Positions 8,323-14,891 of a DNA stretch of 14,891 nt are shown here, one piece after another. How positions within the stretch are numbered: the stretch's first letter is position 1; each line of letters opens with the position of its first letter. This DNA comes from Bugula neritina (Eukaryota; Animalia; Bryozoa), in NCBI GenBank assembly GCA_964035545.1, contig CAXIUT010000178.1:1-14891 (forward strand), given 5' to 3'. Position numbers and translations under genes: made by a program. The notes under the pieces are model-generated. The model was given only the letters and a program-made list of their open reading frames with translations, searched no databases and was not told the DNA's origin.

Positions 8323-11300
8323 TCAGAATTTTTGTCTAGTTGCTGGGTGGTATCCGAAAGAAGCAGCTTTGATTGATCTTCTTAAAGGTTGATCTTCATG
8401 CTATACTGCTTGTTTCTCGTTTTATGTTCGAACCAAGTTTCCTTCTTCCCATAGTCCTTTGACTTCTTTTCCATCTTGGTAGGTTAGTCTTCCTTTTCCA
8501 TGTCTAAATATTATATAAAGTACTTGACGTCATTTGAAAAGCCACCTTCGAAAACGCAGCCATTAGCCCATACGTATCTTCCATATCCATTCTTTTTATC
8601 AGATTCGTAGGTGCCTATATAGATATCTCCATTATTTTTGGTTGATTTCCAACTGCCTTGGCCTTGTCTTACTCCCTCTACAAACTGACCTTCATAGCAT
8701 GAAGTATTGGCCCAAGTATACTTTCCTTTTCCATGGAATTTACCATTTCTGTACTATCCTTTGTATTTATCTCCATTCACAAAGATCTCACTACCGAAGC
8801 CTTCTTTAACACTTTTAGAGAAAGTGCCATAATAGTATTCTTTTTCTGATAATTTCAAAAAACCTTGACCGTCTTTTTTGCCTTATTTCCATTATCCGCT
8901 ATATACAACTCTTGTGGCTGCGTCTAGGTAGACTCCTCTTCCATTTTTGAGTCCATCTATCCATTGTCCATCATAGATATTTCCATTGACAAGTTTCAAT
9001 ATTCCTGTTCCATTTTTTTTTCCATTAAGAAACTGTCCTTTGTAGACATATTTATCTGGAATGATTTCTAGTCCTTCTCCATGTTTTTATCCTTAGCCTG
9101 GTTGTCCAGCTTTCCATCCTCCCATATAAAACTTACCTGAAAAATGCCACAAAATGCACTATGATGAATTATTAGTGATAGTAAATACTACACAATTTTT
9201 ATATTTTTTAACACACAGTTGCTTATCTTACTCATCTACATCTGTTCCAAAGATTTGATATGTTTTCTTAGCCAAAGATAGTAAGTCATCTTGTGAGAGC
9301 TACTGGGTAGGAGTGTTTGGTATTGCTGGTATCTTTATATCTCTTAGATGGATTTCAGGTAGTATTTATTCTTACTAAGGATTGTTCTTTTTGAACTATT
9401 ATACCATTCTGGAGTAGTTGATTTTGGTGGGTTATTGGCTGGGAGTATTGCTGACAGATATCTTACTGAATTGCTGGAAAGGTGAAGGTTGTGGTTATTT
9501 TTAATGTTGTTCTGTTGGCATGGGTTTGTTGTTGTCTTAGACTAGCATTCTGCTACTTTAGATGAAATGATGGAAATCTTTTTATTTATCTTATACTTTT
9601 TACATCATATTCATGTGTTTGACTCCCTTCATGTATGCCATATTCTTTTTCCTATTGGAATCGATAGCTAGTTCCTCTGATTACATTCTCACTTAGTCTT
9701 CATTTCCGTAATATTTGATGTTTTGGCTGCGTCTGCGAGGTGATAGTTATTATTTGTCTACTTATCCTTGTGCATTTTTGATGATTTTTCCTACTTAGTC
9801 TATTCTTGATTTGCCCCAAAATTTCTTTTGTGTTTGCATGCCTTATAAGACACTAATAGACTATTTTTATTTTTATATTCTTGATTCTTTGTGTGAAAAA
9901 TGTTTACTATCATTTTTTACTAATGATTATCCTAATTAATTCTAGGGATCAATAGATTTTATTTTTTATATTTGCATATCTCTTATTATCTTTTTTAGTC
10001 TAGCAACTTATTCTTTAAGTTTTCCTTTTTATTGTCCCTAACTTTCTTTCTATAATTTCTTTCTCTTATCTTCGTGGGTATTTATTTGTAATATTGTGCT
10101 TTAAAGTTGTAATTTAGGGGTTTGTTTCAATCCCATTGACAGGGACTATAGATGTATTAATGGGCTTTAGGGTGGTGATTGTGCTATAGGATTTGACTAG
10201 TTGTTGATTTCTAGTTATTTTTAGTATGTTTTGGATAGACTATATTATCTTTTTTAGATATTTTATTGTCTTTCTTCTACTTTTTTTAATTTCTATCTTA
10301 AAAACTAGATTTGTTCATGTAGTTTATATATTTATTCTTTATTAACCGATTCTGATCTGAATGATTGTTACGTTTGTTTATTCAATTCTGTATGTTTATG
10401 ACTCATCCTCTATGTATGTTTATGACTCATCCTCTATGTATGTTTGTTGCTAATGATCTAACTATGATTGTGTTGTTCTTGTTGACTTTTCTTGGCAGAT
10501 AAATTACTTCTGTTCATATTCTAGTATTTGATACTTCTCTACCTAACAGATCCGTTTCTAGAATGAATAATAAATGATTTTGATTTCTTTTCGCTTTGGT
10601 TGTCAACATCTGATTTCTTCTTTTTCATGTTGATTCCTTAGTAGTTATTTGATTATATTTGTTGAACTTATTCTTGGTTTAGTTCGTTGTTGAGGATTTG
10701 TAGTTTGAAATCTGAGCTTTAGTTGATTGATTCTTATTTGTGTTGGATTAGGGAGTTGTTTTTTTAGTTTATGCTTTGGAATTTTATCTAGTTTACTCTT
10801 GAGTCTTGATTTGGACCTGTTACTCTTGAATATTGAACTGATTTGTCTTCTTTTATTGGCTGGTTTTGTTACAATATCAATAAATTACTATCTCGAATTG
10901 ATTTTTGTAAATTTTTGCTTTTAATAGAATTAGATCTTCTACTTTTCTCTTACAATACCTCGAAATGTCTACTATCCTTGATTTATTCATTTACTTATGA
11001 ACTTTATTTTTTGATACTTCTTGTTTTTGATGATTTCCTCTAAGAAAGTTGATCTTCTATTCTAGAACTATTTTTGCTTTTTATTTATTCATTGTGTGCT
11101 GCTGATGGATGTTGTGAACTGTGTTTGCTTTTGATGTCGTCGTTGCAGACAGATGGATGCAGAGATGATCTTTTGCTCTTGATCTATTAGTTTTGAATTG
11201 ATGGGTGATGTGATTTGGTGTCTTAGTTGATAACTGGATGGAGATATGATCTTTTGCTTTTTACTTACTAGTGATTTGATGGATGAAGGGAGTGATGGGA

Positions 11301-12812
11301 TTTTATTTATTCGTTATAAGCTGATGGATGGTTTGATTTTATCTATTCATGATGTGCTGAGGGTAAAACAGATGATTTTTTGCTTTTTATTTACTAGTTG
11401 TGGGCTGAAGGGTGATGTGATCTTTTGCTTTTTGATTATTATATTTAGAGATAGTTGCTTTTTGTCTCATAGTTTATGTTCTTTGATTTTTGGCTTGGCT
11501 TTTATGATTGCTATCTATTGCTTGGCTTTTATGATGGTTCTTTATGGCTTGGTTTCTGTGATGGTTCTTTATGGCTTGATCTTTGTGATGGTTCTTTATG
11601 GCTTGGTCTTTGTGATGGTTCTTTATCATTTGGCTTCTATGATGGTTGTTTATCATTTGGCTTTTATGATGGTTGTTTGGGAGTTGAACTTTTGATATTG
11701 CTATTTTGACTTTGGTTTTCAATAGGTTCTTATGGCTATTTCTTTTTCATGTTATGTTATGAATAATGAGACTATTTTTCATCAGGTGTTTACTAATGTT
11801 TTGAAGAGCTATCTATTATGAAATTGCCTGATTATTAATTTTTATTTCGAATTGTTCCAATTTTTTTGCTTTTATGTGCTTCCTATGCTTCAGAATTTTT
11901 ACTTTTAGCTTACTGTATTTCATTTTTAGAACTTTATTTTTTAATACTTCTTCCTCTAGAAGATCTCTTTGAATTCTATTCAACTTGACTACTCTTATTA
12001 CTCTTTATATCTTGATTAAGAACAACTGAAGGGTGAGCAGATTCTTTTTTACTTTTGATTTAATCATTTTGAGCAGATGGGTGATGAGAAGATCTTTTAC
12101 TTTTGATATCTTAAATAGCTGAAGGATGTAGAGAGATAGGTTCTTAATCTAATTGAGCTGAAGGATGTTTGGATTGTTTGCTTTTGTTATCTTATTTTTT
12201 AGTTGATGATTTTTTACTTGATACATAATTGATAACTATTTACTAATTACCTTGATTTGATTGACTTTTATTTGATTATTTATTTTGTGGAATTGATTTA
12301 TTAGTACTTTTTTTGGGCTATTCTTAAACTACAATAGCTTTTTTTGTGATTTACTGTTTCATTTAGTTTCTTTCTTTGTACATTTTTTTTATTTTTTATT
12401 TATATTTTTCTTATTCTTTCTATAATTAGTTTTTGACTTTTTCTTGTTTATTAGTTTGTTTATTTTAGTTGAATTCTGTATTACAAAAGCTTTTGTTGGA
12501 ATGTCTTTATCCTTTCTAGTCTTGTAGACTAAGAAAAGAATTATCAAGTGGATTATTATCTAGATCTAATCTAGCTAATTTTGATTTCTATTTCTATATT
12601 TAGGTTTAAATATCTTTCAGTTTCTTTATAGCTGAAGAGTCAGCAAGAAGATATTGTCCATCGATGTAGGCAGCTACCCATTATTGATGTTATGGGTTGA
12701 CAGCTGGATTTTGAAGATAGGCTGAATGGGCTTCCATTGAGGGGTTGATGTTATTATGATGAGAGTTGTTGTTAATGTGATTTTATGGACTAGCAGCTGA
12801 TTGCACTGACAT
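8323..12812 (-). CDS. 1489-aa protein: very long low-complexity/His-Ser-Lys repeat region and coiled coil, about 9 C-terminal MORN repeats; exons 12812-8524 and 8503-8323
   Basis: No in-frame TGA from ATG 12812 to 8524. MORN repeats span about 9140-8430 (YKGQFLNGKKNGTG, YDGQWIDGLKNGRG, YSGEWKEGKKDGQG, YKGEYRNGKFHGKG, YEGQFVEGVRQGQG, YIGTYESDKKNGYG, FEGGFSNDVK^HGKG). Stop TGA at 8325-8323. Confidence 0.9.
8504..8523 (-). other. 20-nt spliceosomal intron
   Basis: GTC AA|GTACTTTATATAATATTTAG|A CAT GGA. Removal reconstitutes the MORN motif DVKHGKG and the frame. Confidence 0.92.
10389..10445 (-). repeat. 24-bp coding tandem repeat (about 2.4 copies) encoding KHTERMSH
   Basis: TGTATGTTTATGACTCATCCTCTA twice plus a partial copy on the + strand. 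The protein reads KHT[TAG]RMSH KHT[TAG]RMSH KHT[GAA]. Confidence 0.9.
11490..11678 (-). repeat. 27-bp coding minisatellite (about 7 copies) encoding K(Q/E)PSx(K/R)P(ND/SH)
   Basis: Seven 9-aa units within the large MORN gene. They explain the spurious overlapping ORFs at 11246-11722. Confidence 0.9.
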
Positions 12813-12949
12813 TTGTACTTGCAAGCTATTAAATTTATTAACACACTTCTTAGATCAACTTTAATATTTAAATTATTCGAATAAAATCAAAAAATCAATT
12901 AATAAATCACTATATTCAAGATATTGATTATCACTTGCTCGTTCATAAT

Positions 12950-12985
12950 GTTGGGGTTGGGGTTGGGGTTGGGGTTGGGGTTGGG
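12950..12985. repeat. Internal telomeric tract 1, (GGGGTT) about 6 units
   Basis: Perfect G4T2 units, in the same orientation as the right telomere. Confidence 0.95.
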
Positions 12986-13293
12986 AGATGATTAATATTT
13001 TACTTCCTTTTTTTAGTTTGTAGAAAAGAAGAGCATTATTGACGATTCCTTGATCATGCAAATTTGATTTCTAAGGGGTTGGGGTTGGGGTTGGGGTTGG
13101 GGTTGGGGTTGGGGTTGGGGTTGGGGGTTGGGGTTGGGGTTGGGGTTGGGTCATTTACTTATAAACCTTTATGGAAAATAAGAAGCTTTCGTTTAAGTGA
13201 ATCGATCCCTTATAAAGGACTGCATGAGATGAAGTAAGTCACTTTATCACGTCGGACACGAAGAGTCAAAGGGATATCTTATGGGTACTGCAT
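12986..13293 (-). CDS. Elongin-B-like / ubiquitin-like protein gene interrupted by telomeric tracts (C-terminus unresolved)
   Basis: ATG 13293: MQYPEDIPLTLRVRRDKVTYFISCSPLEGIDSLKRKLLIFHKGLEVND, then tract 13150-13075, then EKSNLHDQGIVNNALLFYKLKKG, then a probable intron start GTAAAATATTAATCATCT cut by tract 1. Both halves match the UBL/Elongin B pattern (R-x-K-x-T-x-F...LK...; ..TL.D.GI.N...L). Confidence 0.75.
13075..13150. repeat. Internal telomeric tract 2, (GGGGTT) about 12.5 units
   Basis: 76-nt G4T2 tract with one G5 variant. It is not followed by a C4A2 tract. Confidence 0.97.
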
Positions 13294-13418
13294 TTTTAAA
13301 TATTTAAAAGAAATTATCGTTCATAAAAATATATTTCTATAGATTTTATCAATGAATAATAGATGTTTAATGTTAAATAAAAGAATCAAATATGCGATTG
13401 ATATATGATAATTTAATT

Positions 13419-13682
13419 ATGAAAAATATTTGGCCTTTCCTTAAAAGTTTGTTGCTTGGAAAATCTAAAATAAATACACAGCATGATCCTTATTTGACAG
13501 AATTTTTAAAGAAAAATCCTCTATTCAGACAGACAGCTTGGAAGATACATCATTGGAAGAATCGCACAATGAAAAAGATGGATGATAAGTTACTTTAAGA
13601 TAAGTAGTATAAATAACAATAGCATAAAGCAAGAAGAGGGCCTAATTCTAAAGGCTTGAATATCAATAAAAAGGACAAATGA
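13419..13682 (+). CDS. Small basic protein, 87 aa, possibly mitochondrial (weak resemblance to NCBP2-AS2/Mrx7-like small proteins)
   Basis: MKNIWPFLKSLLLGKSKINTQHDPYLTEFLKKNPLFRQTAWKIHHWKNRTMKKMDDKLLEDKEYKEQEHKARRGPNSKGLNINKKDK*, TGA 13680-13682. There is an alternative ATG at 13392. The N-terminus is amphipathic and basic. The family call is tentative. Confidence 0.6.
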
Positions 13683-13763
13683 TTTTAGTATTCTCAAATA
13701 TGATTATTCATTAGATAAATAAGTGAAAAAATGATCAAATATCATGCTTTATTTTATTTTTTG

Positions 13764-14795
13764 TCATTTTGAGTTGTAGTTTAGTTCAAAAAACTTGAGA
13801 CTTCCTTTATTAGTATCTTTTTATTTTTTAAAGTTTTCTTAAACTTTAATTTTTGAGGATTTATTGATTTATAATTCTTTTTTTATCATTGATAATTATT
13901 CTTTTTTGATAAAGATGTCATCTTTAAGATCTTCAAGTTCTTCTATAAGTTATAATCGTATCATTTGTAGTTATTATATTTAACTGGCAATGTTTGATTC
14001 TGTTTAAGAACCAAATTTCTTTGAAAACTATTTAATTTCATTGAAGGCTTATCTCATTCTCATTTTTATTGATCTTTTAATCACAAGTATAATAATGTTT
14101 GCTAAAGATACAATCCTAGTTTGGTCTTTCTGATTAGATTATTGATTTTTTGTTTTAGGAGTTTTAAAAATATGATCTTTATGTTTTATTTGATTTGAAT
14201 AGTGTAATTTTGATTTAAAATTAAGTTATTTTTATGAAAAATTGATATCTTGAGCAGTTGATGGTTAATAGCTACTTTTTTAGATATTATTTTTTGATAT
14301 TTAATTTGAGCAGCGATCATTTACTGGAATTTGTATGGAATAATATGATCCTGATAGATGATTTTTTGAAACATGATTTGATATACTAATTTTGCTGTCT
14401 GATGGTGAATTATATAAGACATTTCCATTGTTTTTATTGTGATATTGATCATCTTTATGATATTTTTTTGATTGTTTCTGTTCTGTTTTAAGATAACTAA
14501 TTGGAGAACCATTGATTGGCAATGAATTACTATATTCTTATTCTTTTTTTGATGGTGGTAAATATTATTTTAATTTAGTCATAGTAGTTTACAATTCCTT
14601 AATGATTTGTTTATGATGCGATGTCCTAGAAAGTATATTTTTGAGGATGGAGAAAGAAACGATTGTGTAGGTTTTTATTATTATTTTTTAAGAGTTTTAT
14701 CTTATTTTTGATTACTTTGTTATTATTACTTTGGTTTTCTATTGGTTGTCATCAATATATAATTATTATCTCGTTATTTTATCATATAGGATATT
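13764..14795 (-). CDS. Hypothetical low-complexity/coiled-coil protein; 5' end unresolved
   Basis: The frame is open from the right telomere junction to TGA 13766-13764 and includes ANIIILVIKRSIKMRMREAFNEIK and EIEELQMIRLELIEELEDLKDDIFIKKEELSMIKKELEINK. The first in-frame ATG is at 14582. Confidence 0.7.
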
Positions 14796-14797
14796 TA

Positions 14798-14891
14798 GGG
14801 GTTGGGGTTGGGGTTGGGGTTGGGGTTGGGGTTGGGGTTGGGGTTGGGGTTGGGGTTGGGGTTGGGGTTGGGGTTGGGGTTGGGGGTTGGG
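14798..14891. repeat. Right telomere, (GGGGTT)n
   Basis: About 15 G4T2 units at the extreme 3' end. Confidence 0.98.

Noticed and set aside
11490-11678. CRISPR-like array
   Set aside because: The units are contiguous 27-bp repeats without unique spacers, lie in frame within a eukaryotic CDS, and have no cas genes nearby.
1444-12812. Standard ciliate code (TAR=Gln) or a split code (TAA=Lys, TAG=Glu)
   Set aside because: Both TAA and TAG align with GAA/GAG or Asp in three independent repeats and at acidic GST/MORN positions. Only one repeat column favours Gln, and none favours Lys.
12950-12985. Coding (QP)n repeat as suggested by ORF 12873-13061
   Set aside because: It is a perfect telomere repeat with no synonymous variation, in the same orientation as the nearby tract and the terminal telomere.
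13123-13127. G5T2 variant telomere units (also near 14882-14886)
   Set aside because: These isolated homopolymer-length variants cannot be told apart from sequencing error or telomerase slippage.
13075-13200. Head-to-tail fusion of two complete chromosomes, or a telomere-bearing transposon end
   Set aside because: No CCCCAA tract follows, no inverted counterpart or transposase is seen, and the flanks are two halves of one gene.
122-14522. ORFs in the supplied standard-code track as real genes
   Set aside because: They assume TAA/TAG are stops. Most are antisense or off-frame shadows (e.g. 3994-4485 is antisense to MORN repeats; 11246-11722 come from a minisatellite). Only 12873-13061, 13392-13598 and 14301-14522 overlap true frames, as fragments.
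12900-14797. Conserved chromosome-breakage motif (Tetrahymena Cbs-like) near telomere junctions
   Set aside because: No match or shared motif was seen by eye at the four junctions beyond AT-richness, and such motifs are normally removed on breakage.

Overview
This is a eukaryotic, ciliate macronuclear-type molecule, telomere to telomere: (CCCCAA)n at 1-89 and (GGGGTT)n at 14798-14891. The supplied standard-code ORF track is misleading, because TAA/TAG are sense codons and only TGA terminates. Internal repeats and conserved domain positions indicate TAA/TAG = Glu (peritrich nuclear code, NCBI table 30) rather than the usual ciliate Gln. Re-read this way, the window holds about 10 tightly packed genes with tiny 20-21 nt GT..AG introns. 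They are a 5'-truncated ORF, a small-Tim-like twin CX3C protein, a small basic protein, a pseudokinase-MORN protein, a divergent GST, a coiled-coil/EF-hand-like protein, a 1489-aa MORN protein, an Elongin-B/ubiquitin-like gene, a small putative mitochondrial protein and a coiled-coil protein. The most notable feature is two internal telomeric tracts (12950-12985, 13075-13150). The larger one sits inside the ubiquitin-like gene, whose domain resumes on the far side, and the smaller one cuts a probable intron at its 3' end. The left telomere also appears to be added inside a coding sequence. Together these point to several alternative, intragenic telomere-addition sites, seen either as a consensus mosaic or as real telomere-filled junctions. 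All translations and family calls were made by eye; no database search was run.
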